Part shown: positions 40,630-54,394 of the stretch, in pieces | Layout of the letters: each line of letters starts with the position of its first letter | How positions within the stretch are numbered: position 1 is the first letter of the stretch | DNA from: Gnetum montanum | Lineage: Eukaryota > Plantae > Gnetophyta | Assembly (NCBI GenBank): GCA_015680685.1 | Contig: MNCI01001186.1 | Coordinates: 240,710-304,709 of the forward strand | DNA: 64,000 nucleotides | Direction: 5' to 3' | Notes under the pieces: model-generated | Seen by the model: the letters and a program-made list of their open reading frames with translations, nothing else | Told to the model about the DNA's origin: nothing | Database searches by the model: none | Program-made: the position numbers and the translations under genes

Positions 40630-43600
40630 AATGCACTTTAAAATTCATTTTATAGCAAGAGAAATATCCTAGTTATAACAATTAATAAGGCAAAGTCCTC
40701 CATCTTCTTTGTTACTAGTGTAAATATCACAAGAAACTCTAGAAAAGCCTTTTCTATGTTGCTTAGTAGACCAAAGAAATCAATGGATAATATGATCAAT
40801 TTTATCATAAGAAGTTTTAGAAGGATCCTAATAACAAGAGTAATAAACATGAATTGATTGAAGCATTTTCTTAAATACTAAAACTTTGTCGATAAGGGTA
40901 ACCTTTTTTTCTTTTCATTTATCAAGTTTCTTTTCAATTTTATCAGCCACATAATTTCACAAATTAGTAGGATTAGGCTCAAAGAAAAAGGTATTCTTAA
41001 AATTTTGAAGAAAAAAATATTTTTCAAGGTTTAAGAGTAACCCAATCATCAATAATACCATTACAATAAATAGTATATTTTTGCCAGTTAATCCAAAAAT
41101 CAAATAACCTACAATAATCCTCCACTATAGCTAAAAGAGTATTGATATGTTGCAAAGTATTTTTAATCATAATAAAATAATTATCTACAAAGTACATGTT
41201 AAGAAATTGTGTACCTAGATCATTAATTGAAATTCTCTTAATGATATTCTGATCATAATGTAGATTATGTGAAAGAAAGTCTACAAGAATAATACAAAGA
41301 TAAGGAGCTAGAGGATAATCTTGACAAACTGACCATTGAAGAGAAAAGGAAAAACGTAATTCAAAATTAGTAGCAACTTAATCATTAGCATTTATGATCA
41401 AGGTATAAACAAGATAAATAAAATAATCATAAAATCTTGGTTTATAGAGATAAGAAATAGTAAAATTCCATTTAATCTTATCATATGTTTTGACATAATC
41501 TAACTTAATAAAAGTAATTTTTTTGTTAGTATTAGAAGCCCACTACATTATTTAGATATGTCAACCTTTAACAAAACTAGTATGCTTAAGTTTGATGATG
41601 TCTTCAATAACCTTTGAATTCAAAAAGCAATGAATTTAGCTAAAAATTTATACGTATTATTAAGAATAGAAATAGATGTTCAATTATCAATATGTGGGAA
41701 ATCTCCATTCTTAGGAGGAAGATGAATCACATCTTTATTAATATTTTTACTAAGAGAAAATTTTCTAATGACTTCTTGGAAACCATGAAAAAGATCATCT
41801 CTAGTGATCTTCCAATGCTATTTATAAAATTCAATTTGTAAAATATCAAAACTTAGAGCTTTACCATTTTCTAAACTAACTATCACTATTTTGATTTCTT
41901 TCGATGTAATTTCAACTTCAGGAATACTTCAATGCACTTTTGTTATAAGATAAGTAATATGTGTACTAGAGGCTTGGAAGGTTTCCTTGTTGAAACCTTA
42001 AGAAGAAAAAATTGAAGAAAATTGATTTTCTAAAAAAAATTAATAGTTTTATTATCTTTAATGATGAAATAATTTATATAAAGTGATCTTAATTTAGGTA
42101 CATGTTTCTTTCCTTTTAGAAATTTAAAAAATTTCTTACAAGGTTCATCTTCGATTTTTAGCCAACTCATGTGACTTTTAGTAAGAGCACTTTTAGCTTT
42201 AAAAGAATCCCAACATTGTTTAGCATAATGAGCATTAGCCAAGGCTTTTTGAGTTTCAAAATAAAAGTGATTCGAGTTTAAAAGAATTTTCATTTATTTA
42301 ACAAATTCTTCAAGATCTTCTTCAACTTGATGCTTACACTTAAAAAATTATTTCAAAAATCATTTAGCATAATTTTTTATTCTACAAGTAGTTCATTATC
42401 ACTAATCAATTCAATGAATGTCACTAGTAGACTTTTTTTTCAACATTCCATAAAGACTTCAATATAATTTTTCCACTAAACCTATGAATATATTAGCATT
42501 CATTTGAAAAAGCTCATACATTCAAAAGGAGGAAGTATTAATTCTAGAGAAAATAAGGCTAATAGAAAATGGTTTGACAAAGTAGTATCTCTATGAACTT
42601 TTGCTTTCCTTGTAGACTTTCAAGAGGAAAGATTAGAGATGCAAAATCTATCAAGTCATCAATAAATTCTATCATTTTGTTATTGATAATTACACCAAGT
42701 ATAATTCTTCTCATTTGAATAATGCAGGATTAAAAAGCTAACATTATAAAGAAAATATTTTGCTTTAAAATTGCACCAATCTTCTTTTCCTTGAGAAGAC
42801 ATATTAGGAGAAATACCACTAAGTTTATCTAAATGACTTTCAACCATATTGAAGTTACCTCCAATAATCCAAGGAACTTTAAGCAGAGATAGAACATATT
42901 TCCAAATCTCCAATTGGTATTTTAAATCATTAGGAATATAAATATTACAAAGTCCAAAATCTTATTTCTCACTATATAAGTGATCCAAATAACCCTTTCA
43001 AGTTTGTCAAAACCAAAGTTCAAAACTTTTTTAGTCCAATTTTTATTAACAAGAGTAATAACACCTCATTTATTAACTTCATGAGTAGCAGAAAAAATAA
43101 TGCAATAATTTAAAATGCATTTATCAACAAAACTAATATCATGGACTAAAGTCTTGATTTCTTATAGGAAAAGAAAATTTGAAGATAAATGTCAGTTTGA
43201 AAAATACTACCCTATAATCTTTGCTTGGGACCTATTAGAAAGGCCCTAAACATTCCATGATAAAAGCTAACATTGAGATTTGGGGAAGGATATCCTCATC
43301 CTTAATTTTTCAAGCTCAGCATTTGTCTTACAATTCATATGAATAATAAGCAAAAAAGCATTATTTGATTAAAAAAACATTTGAAATAGTAGTAGTAGTA
43401 GGTAGAAAAGGGGATACCTTTGGGATTTTTAAATTGAAAGTAGTATCTACACACCTAATGTTTTATATTACACTAAGTGAAATTCATTTGCATTAATATT
43501 TCTATTACTAGTCCTTCTAAATTTTTTTTTCTAAAAAGAAATTCCTTTTAGATATCAAGAATCTATTAGCATGTTTAGAATTAAAAGAATTAGTAAAAGA

Positions 43601-44200
43601 TTTGGAACTTGTTGAAGAAGATTTCATATGTACTTATTGAAAACTACCATTATTTTTCTTTTCTAAATATTTTTGTTTCTTTATTTTATGAACTTTTTTT
43701 ATTGAAAATAGAACAAATTCCAATAACATGATCTTTACAACAACAATAGCTACAACATCCTCACAAATTATAGTATGGAATTTTATAGGAAAAATATTGA
43801 TTAGTGACTTTAAGTTATAATTCTATCTTCCTTTGACGTAAATCAATCTTTACAAAATAATGTGTGCACTACATAACATCTAATGATGTTTTTGACTTTG
43901 TCTTTAAGATTGTGCCAATGTTGCCATTAATTTCACTTTCAACATTTTCAAAAATAAGAAGAATATTTTTTAATTCAATCAAGCATGAAATTTTAGAGTA
44001 ATCAGAAGAATAGGAATCAAAATCCACTTTCAATTCCTAAACAATAGAAGTATTAAACTTATCCATAAAAACTTTTAGATCCAATGATTTCACAACCATT
44101 TTAGAATTGGCCCATTTAACAAGCAAAAAATATTTGAAAAAATAGCAAGTGTGTAAAACATTAATTCCATTGTATGCAAGGATAGCTTGAATTTGGTGTA
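40630..44200 (-). mobile_element. L1 LINE remnant of a different subfamily (ORF1 ~43290-44200; ORF2 ~40630-43270)
   Basis: LSWNV*GL start, PWIIGGNFNMVE, NYTWCNYQ, WLKIEDEPCKKFFKFLK and decayed RT motifs. Confidence 0.85.
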
Positions 44201-44329
44201 AAATTCTTATTTAGGTGAATAAATCTAAGAATATGGAAAAAATATGTATTGTGAAGTGATATATTTTGACAAGGATTCATATAAATCATTATGTAAAACA
44301 TATTCAAAACTCTAAAATTCTTCATAGTC

Positions 44330-44850
44330 TCTATAATCTAAGATATGAAAAAGGGAAAACAAAATTTGCCATTATATTTTTCAAGAAAGATGAAACTTTT
44401 CATGCTTTTTGTGATGCTAATTGAGGAGAAAATATTTAAGAGAAAAGGTCTACATCACGCTTAATCATCTTTCATGGGACCAACCATATATATTGCAGTA
44501 GTAAGAAGTAAAGTGTACTAAGTCTATTTTTGTTGGAGAATAAATTCATTATAATGGTTGATTACATACAACACATTTTTTTTATTCAAGAAGCTTTTTA
44601 TTTAATTTGACTTTAAAGTCTTTTTTCCCACCTCATGGTGAACAATACTTCAACAATTCAACACTCAAAGAAGCATGTCCTTCATAAGAAGTCCAAACAT
44701 GTTAACATCAAGTATTGCTTCAACAAGCAAGAAGTGAAGGAGAACAAAATCTTACCCACTTTTATATCAAGGAACATTAATTAGCATATCGAATCATCAA
44801 GCCACTACAAGCATTTAAGATAGACTACCTATTGAAGATCATTGACATTG
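44330..44850 (+). pseudogene. Ty1/Copia RNase H remnant, probably followed by a decayed LTR (~44930-45280)
   Basis: AFCDAN*G...KRSTS...SSKK*SV, NTSTI, HKKSKHVNIKY match Copia DADW..RRSTSG..SKKQ..DN.SAI..H.RTKHIDIRYHF. Confidence 0.8.
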
Positions 44851-45877
44851 CAAAGGTTGAAGAAGTAAGTAAGAAAGATTCTCAAGGCTCCAACTCCATG
44901 ATTCTCACATTGCATACTAAAGAAGTATATATTAGAAATAATTTGAATGTATTCCTCACACTTCTCCATATTTATGTTAATATCTTTACTTTGATGCAAT
45001 AGGTATTATAAGTATTTTTATTTAAGAAAAAGGATCCTAGAATATTAGATTAAGAGAAAATTGCTAAAAAGAGAAAGAAGGGGCCAAGAGCCTTTAAGGG
45101 AGGCTCATGCTCAACAAGGAAAAATTCCATTGTAACTTGGATTTTATTGTTTAATTAAAGTAAATAGATTCTCTTCATTTCATTCAATTTTGAGTGCTCT
45201 TGTGCAAGTATTGAGTGCTTAGTTAAAAGTATTTTAGCTTTAATTCCTTTTCTTTCTTGCATTCTTGCAACTTTGATTTCAAATCTTGAAGAGTGAATTA
45301 CCTTTTCATGGGTTCTTCTTTTAAGTTCTCACATGTTCTTCTTTTATAGTTTCTCATATTTATAGGAATTCTTACAAGTTTATTATATGTTTTATGTTCT
45401 TTCAAGTTTCTAAAGTCAACTACATGTTCTCTCATGTTTCTAATAAAGTAGTGAAGAATTTAAAAGTTATTTGAGAATTTATTTCATGGGTTTCACTAAT
45501 AATTTTTAGATTTGAGTTACTTTCTCTTTTGTTTCATGTTCATGTTGAAGGATTTCAATCCCTTTGAAAATAATTACATGTAAAAGCTAATATCTCTCTT
45601 TGCATGAGCTTGTACCAAGCTTCTCTAGCTTGTGTGTATCATCTCTTATATTTATATTTAGTTTCTAAGAGCATATTATGTCAATAGATTTATGATTTAA
45701 GGATTTAAACATTTTTACTAGGTCTTGTGCATTTTTCACATATTTGAATAATTGAGAATGTATTTCATGTTTTCTTTCAATCCAAACTTGACTTAACAAG
45801 TTAACAGGTTATGAAGCATGTTTTAATGAAGCATTTTCTTGAATTTTTTTTTGTGATTATCTCTTTCCTATAGAGGC

Positions 45878-46315
45878 ACAACCTTACCATAACTCCTAGT
45901 GAACACCACAACTTGACCATGACTTGTGGTGAGTATTTTTGCATATTTAAGGAAACAACCTCACCATGACCTATGGTGAGTAGTTTTAGGAAAACACAAC
46001 CTCACCATGACTTGTGGTAAGCAACTATGACTTGTGTTCTACTCATGGTTTAAGTTTTCAAAGACTTCCTAACCCATGAGTCATCCATGAACCAAATTTT
46101 GAAGTAGAAGAACATATAGGAGGCTAGAGCATTTGCCATAACTTGACCATGACTTATGGTCTACTCATGGTTCTCTCACAAATCATTTTTTCTTTGTTTT
46201 ACAGTGCCACACTTCATAACTAGCTTATGAATTGCAATACTAACCTAACCATGATCCATGAGTAGTTACCATGACTTGTGGTTAGATGCCATGACCCATG
46301 GTATTATAGCATGAT
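45878..46315 (+). repeat. Dispersed tandem array of (C)ACCATGACTTGTGGT(GAG) motifs
   Basis: About ten degenerate copies, several forming imperfect palindromes such as CTCACCATGACCTATGGTGAG. Confidence 0.75.
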
Positions 46316-47544
46316 CACTTCCTCATTTGTAATGATCAAAATTAATGAGTTTGAAGCTAAAATTTCTACTACATATAGCACTCAAGGATCTTATTTCATT
46401 GTTAGTCTCTAACAAAAGAAAATACCACAATATGACATAAAAAATTCACTATTACTTGTAATACTAACTAAATAAAGATAAATATAAGAAAATAATAACT
46501 AATGTAACCATTAAAATGAAAATACTTAAAAATAAAATAAATCACATAATTGAAAAGTATGCAAGACGATCCCAATGACACTTATTTCACTGTAATTAAA
46601 CTTCTAAAACTAAATTTATTCATGCTTGGATTTTATCAATAAAATAATATAATCAAAATTAAAATAATGAAATTATTTATTTATGTTCACTAAAATCCTT
46701 TGAATTTGTTAAACTAGGTTTAGAATTATTTTTAATGAATTTTTTTGTCCATAATTGAGTGTAACCTTTTAGAATTGAATGTGTGATCTAGCTCTTCTAG
46801 GTCAAGACTCTTTTCACAAATCTAAAATAGTAATATTTAATAAAATAATAGTATATAGTAAATATATAGTAATTTTCCTCTTAAATGTATAGTATGGTTC
46901 GAAATAAAAAATGATCCTTATAATATTCTTTATAGGATGATAAAGAAGATTTTCATAACTATCATTTTTATTATTTATATAAAAAAATATATACATGGCT
47001 CAAATATTCAAAATTTACATAAGTTTTTCATTTTACAAAATATATACGATTTATTTTCAAGATCTCAAGGATTTAACTTCTACAAAATTGAATCAACTAT
47101 CATCCCATGTCTTTCTCTACATTTTTTATGATTGCTTTGGGCTCTCTACACTAAAATGCAATAGGATTTAGAATATCTTAAGTATGAAATGTTATTTTAT
47201 TTTCCTATGTATGGAGTATATAAATTTTTGGACCAAAAGTCTATAAATATGGTCTAAGCAAAGGTTTCCAATTAAGTATTCAAAAATATTCCAAAATTTA
47301 GAAATGCCACAAAGGTTCCAAAAAATCCAAATATGTTATATTTAATCCAAAAATTTTTGAAGGATAAGTCTTAATTTGTTTTCATTATCAAAATAAACCA
47401 ATAGATCTTTGAATAACCTCACTACTAACATCAAATCATCCTAAGTAATCTAAAATAAGTCTCTAATGACTCTTAGCAATAGGATTATTTCTAACATCCT
47501 TAGTGTCCTATGACACATATCTTAGAAGTACTGGTCTTATCTAT

Positions 47545-47991
47545 TGATGAGTGGTGAGCTCCCCTATATTCAACCATGAGAATCACAAACATTCATGTGT
47601 AATCTAGTTAAATTTTATGGATAGGATTGGTGTGGTATCTAGATTGTCAAGTGTTGATTGTACGTCATTGTCTTTTCACTTGGACTAGTGGTAGCTTTAT
47701 CATGTATGGTTTAGTCTAAAGTGAGACATATGATTATTGATGTTATGCTAAACTATTGAACGAATGGTGCTAAATATGTAGCAGATGCTCACATATTTAT
47801 AGGCAAATAAAGAACTGCATTGACACATATGCATTTATGCATTTGGCTATGTCAACAAGGCTACATCAATGGGGATGCATCTATACATCTAAGTTATAGC
47901 AAATGCAAACTAAGATGCGTTGATGCATATGTGATGTAGCATATACAATATCGTAGCTAACTGATATACTTGACAAAATAATGCTTTATCA
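47545..47991 (-). repeat. 3' LTR (internally deleted) of an older Athila element that hosts the 48624-57329 insertion
   Basis: TGATGAGTGG...TTTATCA, followed by the PPT-proximal motif AAAACTCATCCTCAAGTT (variant also at 49494). Confidence 0.7.
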
Positions 47992-49639
47992 TATTCCTAC
48001 AATTTACTAAAAACTCATCCTCAAGTTATATATAAATGGACAAAGTTCCATTACAAAAATGTTGGAGTGACCAAGACTATATTAGCTATCATTACAAAAT
48101 TTGAGTGCCACATTATAAAATTTTATTTGAGTAGATGTATTACAAAATGAAAAAAAATATATTGCATAGACATCAAAGTTTAAAAAATTACAGAAGTCCT
48201 TAAAAATTTGTTGATGATGAATCTTCAGGTTATCATTAGCGATGATAGTTTTTTCAACGTCAGTTGTTATGTGGTCTCTTCTCTCTTTATGTAGAACTTT
48301 TTGAAGAATGAACTAAAATTTCTTCTCATCAATCCATGGTTTTCTAAGTCTCAAACATGTGATGTTTCAACTTTAACTCTTTTATCTACTATTTGTCTAT
48401 AGACATGTCCTCATCTTGGCCTCTTTTACTTTTGTTGTAAAAGACCTTCAACCTTAGATATTCCTTTTGGCATCATCTAAAACCACCAAAGGATTAACAT
48501 TAGTTTTGGTAACTTTTTTCTTAGTGATTAACCCTTTTGGATCCTTATTTAGCTCAAAATTTGGGAAAACAAATTTAACATGTAGATTCAAGATGATTAC
48601 AAAATAATGTTTCAAAGGCTCTATGATGAGTGTCGAGGTACCCCTACACTCAACCATATGAATACGAGCGTTACACTCACGATCCGATCAAACTCCGTAG
48701 ACAGACTAGTTGTGGCACCTAGATAGTTAGCCTTAGGTTGCAATTTTCTGTCTTCCCACATGGACTAGTATTATCTTTGTCACATATGGTTTAGTCTAGA
48801 GTGAGGTGTATGATGTGTTCTAACCTAATGCTACTCTTGAAGGTAATGGAAAATAAGATTAACTAAGCTAGGAGGAAAAGGGTAAGAGAATCTAAACTAG
48901 CCTAAGTGCGATGAGCATCCGTTCCTTGATTATCCATACACATCTTGGACTTCGTGCATGACTACCACTAGGATTACCAAGCGCAGATCCTAGGTACGCT
49001 ACTGGGTTACCAAGTAGTCACACTTAAATTCTCGTAATCAAGTCGTACTCATTCTGTGTTCTAACATGAGTTTAAGGGTGAGAGAGACTAATTAGGAAAG
49101 CAGTAAATAATAAATAAATAAATAAATAAACAGAGTGAATGCTGAAATGATGAAGTAATCTCGATCTTTATTGATGGTCATGTGTGTGTCCAAGTACGTC
49201 ACACTCGAATAAAGGATGCCATACAATTACATTCACCACACTATGGGCATACATGGGAAAATAATCTATCTCTAGAGGGATCAAACTGCTAGAGTTTTGC
49301 TACTGTCTAACTCTAATTTCTAATGTCTGAAACAAGGGAGAGCCGCCTCTTATTTATAGCACTCTTAAAAGACTACGATATTACATATGAAATATCCTAG
49401 GGGACAACGTGAGATCACAAGGGATGCGATATCCCGTAGGTAGTATTGCGGCCTATGTGATATCGTGTCCCATCATACCCCCATGATTGAATAAAAACTC
49501 ATCCTCGAGTTACAGTGATTACACAATGGATAGGTATGGGATTATTAGATGGAAAAAGAAATGGGATGATGCCACAGTGTGTGAAGAAAAAAAATAAAGA
49601 CATAACACACAGAATATTCTAACTACAAAAATTTGGAAC

Positions 49640-52402
49640 TCATGTAGTTCTTGGTGGTGGTGGTTCCTCCATTGGTGCCTTCCTTTTGTCTTGTGCTCTA
49701 GGTTTTGAGGGTTGATGGTGTTGAAGTATGACCTAGAGCTTCTCCTCTTCAGTTTGAGGGTCTTGTGTCGTCCATGCTAATGTTTCAATGTTTGACGCAG
49801 TCGGCACCTTCCACAGACAGGGTAGTTATGGGAACATTTGGTTGGCCTTAACATACCAAGCCGCAAACACCCGTCATTCCTCCTCATAGGTTCTAGCTTT
49901 GTTCTTGTATTCGTGAAGCTCCATTAGCCATCGGGCCAAGTTAGTTACGACATCCTTCTGTCCCTGGTAACTGGCTTTTACCACCTCAAGTTTAGAATTT
50001 TCAACATCCAATTTTTCCAATAGCTTCTTGCGTTTTGCAAATTCTACTTCGTATTTGATGTGGGTGGTTGCTACCTGCTGCTTGAGATTTGACCTTGGAC
50101 ATCCTATTGTTAACATGGCAAGGTTGGCATATTTAAGATTTGCCAATTCCATGTACTCTATTAAGTCCTAAATCTGCAGGTCCCGGTTCTTAACTTCCGC
50201 TTGGTGGGTGAAGGAATATGTGTCCAATATGGCCCGCCAATCAGTGTGTTGAGCACTAATAGTGTTGATTTGGGCCTTGGCCATATGGATCTCCTGTTAA
50301 GAATCTTTTTATACATCCCCACCTAATTGCGGAAGTGCTCCTTCAGCTTTTCATGTCGTTTAGCCTCATTTTGCCACATGCTTATCTCAATCGCCAACTT
50401 TTGATGAATGACGCGTACCTCCTCCATCAAGAGGATTCGATTTTCTCTAGCTAAACAACTTATGTCCCATTTGACTTGGATGAATTGTTCTTGTAGTTGA
50501 TAAAAGTGTTCATTGAGAACATTTTCTTGCTTTTCTAGAGTGGTCAATCGAAGATTGTTAGTCACAGGCTATTTATTTTCTTCTTGCAAGGCTTGAGTGC
50601 CTTAAGATGCACATGAGTTTGCACTTGTGTTGTGGAGCATCCCAAATAGCCTTCTCCTTTTCATCCACCACCTTTTTATTCTCTACGATTAACTTCATTA
50701 GTTGCTCCATTCTAAAATTTTCTAGCTAGTCTGCGGGAACAAATTGTAGAGGGTCTCGTTGTCCTGCTTGTAAAGCCACGAGCTACTCTTGTAGTTTCTA
50801 CACTTCTGCTTCAACATGCTCGACCCTTACTTCTGTTAATACTAGCTTTCCCTTTGTGGAAATGAGGTCTGACTAAATTGCTATAACATCCTGAGGAATG
50901 TCCAATAGGGACATCATTACTTGCCCTATTTGAAGCAATCTATCAAGTGCATCCTCATGTTTTGCAGGAGTCATTGAGGTTCTGGCCAAATTTTGAGCAT
51001 CCTGTGCTCTTGAGAGATCTTCCGATGGCACAACAGGTACATTAAAGGATTCTTTGATGTGGTATGTAATCACTTCTGCAGCTCCTATGGCATTCTGGTG
51101 TTGCATGACCATCACAGTGGCCCCTTCACCAGTCTCTAACTGCACTTGGAAAGATGCCACATTTCCTGAGATCTGTTGTGACCATTTACTTTTCCCTCCT
51201 CCTGTGTGAATGGAGACTTCACTGCTTGTGCGATCCAACAAAACAGTAGGTTTCCTAGCATCATCAATGACGTGGAAGAGGTTTGCGTCATCACGACTTC
51301 CCCAATTGATTGTCTCAGCGATGGCCCTCAAATGGCTCATCGACGATCTATAGTCTTGCGGTGGTGGTGGCTAATCTTGGCTTGTGCTGGGCCCTGCTTC
51401 TTGTTGTTGACTGGGACCCATGGCTGGAGGTTGACTGGGTTCAGCCATATGTTCTTCTTCTTATTTTGGTCCCAGCTCTTCGCCAGTGCTTTTTCTTGGA
51501 GCTAGAGCCTTTAGCAATTCAGCATATGAAGTAGTCTGGGCCTTTCGGAGGATGTGATTGGTGTATCCCCAAATACCAACACGTCAGCAAAGCTTTCTGA
51601 TAAGATAGGGGAAAGGCAGTACCATCTTCCCTGTCTTTCGTTCTTCGAACCACCTTAGGATCTCTATCAAATATAGATGGGGTAGGTTAGCGTTAACCTT
51701 TCTCATCAACACTGCACATCCTCTAGCTACCTATATTGATATTCTTTTTAGGCCCTTTGTGGGGAAGAGGTGATATGTTCCCATTTTAAAGTAAACTCTC
51801 TCTTCTGTCGTCAATTCACCAAATGCTTTATCTCTGCCATAAGCCTTCTCCAACCAATCCTTTCGCACATCAGGGTATGAACGGGTGGATAACTGAGCAA
51901 CCTAGGGGCCTGTATTCAGAAAGTTTAACACTTTTGAAATGGCCTATGCAGAGAAGTCTACTATCACACCTCAAATATTAATAGTGGTGCCTTGTTCCCT
52001 ATTGTGCCAAAATTGGTATGTCTCTCCTAGGTACTAGGCACCGCTTTTAGAGAGGATAGGCCATAATGGAGATCCTTTGAGGTGATCCCTAACGGCCTCA
52101 GGAGTGAACTCTGCGAATGATTCAAAGTTCAACTCCACAATCACCGTAACAAATGTGTACTTCTCATGGATAGCCTAAACACAATCTTGGGGCAACGTGA
52201 GTTGTTGTCCTAGTTCAAGTGCAGCAGCAGCTCCTCCTTCAACCTACACAGACCATCTAGTAGGAGGTTCATCTTGATAAATGTTGAATGATTGCCCCTC
52301 TTGTTCTGCATGTTGTCTAGCAGGTCTTTGTCTTCCACCTCTCCGAGATCGTTTGCTTCCACCTTGGGTAGGACTCTCCTATTGTCCACATTTCAGGGCC
52401 AT
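49640..52402 (-). pseudogene. Athila env-like ORF2 (Transposase_32-like domain plus long coiled coil), about 920 codons, disrupted
   Basis: ATG at 52402 and stop at 49640-49642. Motifs GVIVDFSA*AISKVL and VLPFPYLIRKLC are typical of the plant Athila ORF2 domain; ORF-track pieces at 49874, 50323 and 50873 belong to it. Confidence 0.8.
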
Positions 52403-52430
52403 CTGCAATCACATGGACCAAGTGTTAGTA
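52403..52430 (-). promoter_or_regulatory. Branch point and 3' splice acceptor directly before the env-like ATG
   Basis: Minus strand TACTAAC (52430-52424) ... TTGCAG|ATGGCC. Confidence 0.7.
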
Positions 52431-52879
52431 AGGTCATTTTTGAAGTTAAGTTATACCTTACCACTTGCCTTAATTAATGATCTTATGTTATCATGTGTGA
52501 TAGTGCCTAAAAGTTTGTAATAATGAATCCTGTGACTTAGGTGGTTTCCATTTTAGTTTCCTAGTATACCTAGGGATTAAATGATTTTTAGGCACAATTA
52601 TTCTAAGTGTTATAGCTAATTACCCTAGCTGATGTCCTTTGGGTGATGATAAATTTCAAAAAAGTTAGGCACTTTTCGGTAAGTGTCCCTCCCCCATGAC
52701 GAAGCTGAACACTCCGAGTTCAAACAGGTTCAAATGAAATTAAAATCGGAGTACCAGCAAGTGAGATATAGTGAGAAAAGCAAGGGTCACACAATCACAA
52801 GTCACAGAGAAAAATTTCAAAAACTCCCCCTGTGTGAATGATAAAATGATGCTAAGTGTTGGGGGGGGGGGGGGATGAC

Positions 52880-52975
52880 CTATTTATAGGCGACAGGAAC
52901 ATGATATCTCATACAATACATTGCATATGCGATATCACGTGGGATGCGATATCACGTATGCAATATCTCGTCCCT
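52880..52975 (-). promoter_or_regulatory. Internal promoter resembling the LTR U3
   Basis: GATATCGC repeats followed by TATAAATAG (52888-52880), the same layout as the LTR U3 at 57329-57188. Confidence 0.65.
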
Positions 52976-54394
52976 AGTGATGTGAGGCACAAAAAAAGAC
53001 CAAAATTTTAAGGGATTTTCTTGAAATTAACATTGGAAATTGAGGACATTAGCTATTATCAAGGGTTCTAGGGCAATTGCATTACATCTAGAGGCACAAT
53101 TAATGATGATGGTGTGGATTTTATCAATAAAACCTTGGGTGGTAAGAAAAAGGATATGTAATGGTACATTGGAACGTTAAAATTCAGAGGGATAATAGTA
53201 GGGATAGAAAATCATTGAGAAATTATGCTGAGGGTAAGAAATGGTGTGTGTGAGCGATGTCATAAGTGAGAATTACAAGAGATTACACAAGTGGGTCCTC
53301 CCCAAAGCAGGTTCCAACCTATATTGCCCTTGTGTAACCACACTTAAAGTGTCCATGGGCACTAGAAGGGTTAAATGTAATCCGCACTGACTCCACAAAA
53401 CACACACATGTAAATATCATCGGAATGAGATGAAAATTCTATGCTACACAGGACACGAGCTACAATTACACGAACAATGAGATGAGATGAACTATAGAAA
53501 GGGATCGTAGAGATTGGGACATGAGGTGACTAACCAAGGGCACAGTGAATCCTGTGTGTAAAGCATGATTAAGGTGTCATTACCCCATCATTCCAGGATC
53601 AGGACCAAGTCCATTCCTCTAATCAATGACATTGCATTGTTTCATCGCATGATGAGCAACTATGAGAGTACCATAACAACAAGGCATACGATCACTTGGC
53701 GTTTTATGCAAGGGAGAAGTGACTTTTGTTTTGTGGCATTTTTTCTTTTCATTTTCTTCTTTCTTCTTCTTTCTTTTTGAATACTGAATCCAGAGAAGCC
53801 ACCAACCTTCATGCATGGGTGCATGTCTTTCCAGTGGTACCCCCTAGAACAGCATTGGATTTTTGAGTGCCCTTTTGATTACTCTTACTCCCATTTTTCG
53901 TTAGATCTACAAGGATCTTAGTACAACTATGTTGCATGATAACTCCCATAGAGGTCACCAAAGAGAATCCAAAAGTCCCCTTGATGTCATACCCTAATCA
54001 TTCTCTCTTGGTCCATCCTTCTTCATTCTAGGTACAATGAACACAAAATTAATTTTATGTTTTAAGAATTTCGAGAATATCACTGTATCCTTGACAGAAC
54101 CTCTTATTTGTAGAATGGATGAGTGGGTGTAATGGGCTCACTATCCACATAATTGATCACTCGAGACTTGATAACATAGAACACACCTCAACCAACGATC
54201 CACATGAGTGTTTTATTCATAGATGAGATTACTTACAAAAACGTAAAAAGACCAAAATGATAAAACAAGAAATTGAAAAATGAAAAAATGGAAAATAAAA
54301 ATTGAAAAATTAATGAAAATAAAAAGTGATTATTAATCCTGCTTATTAGAATGAGGGATATCCCTCATAGCTAAACGGTTGAGGATAGCACGGA

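Noticed and set aside
45878-46315. CRISPR-like array
   Set aside because: Eukaryotic context, degenerate irregular repeats and no cas genes.
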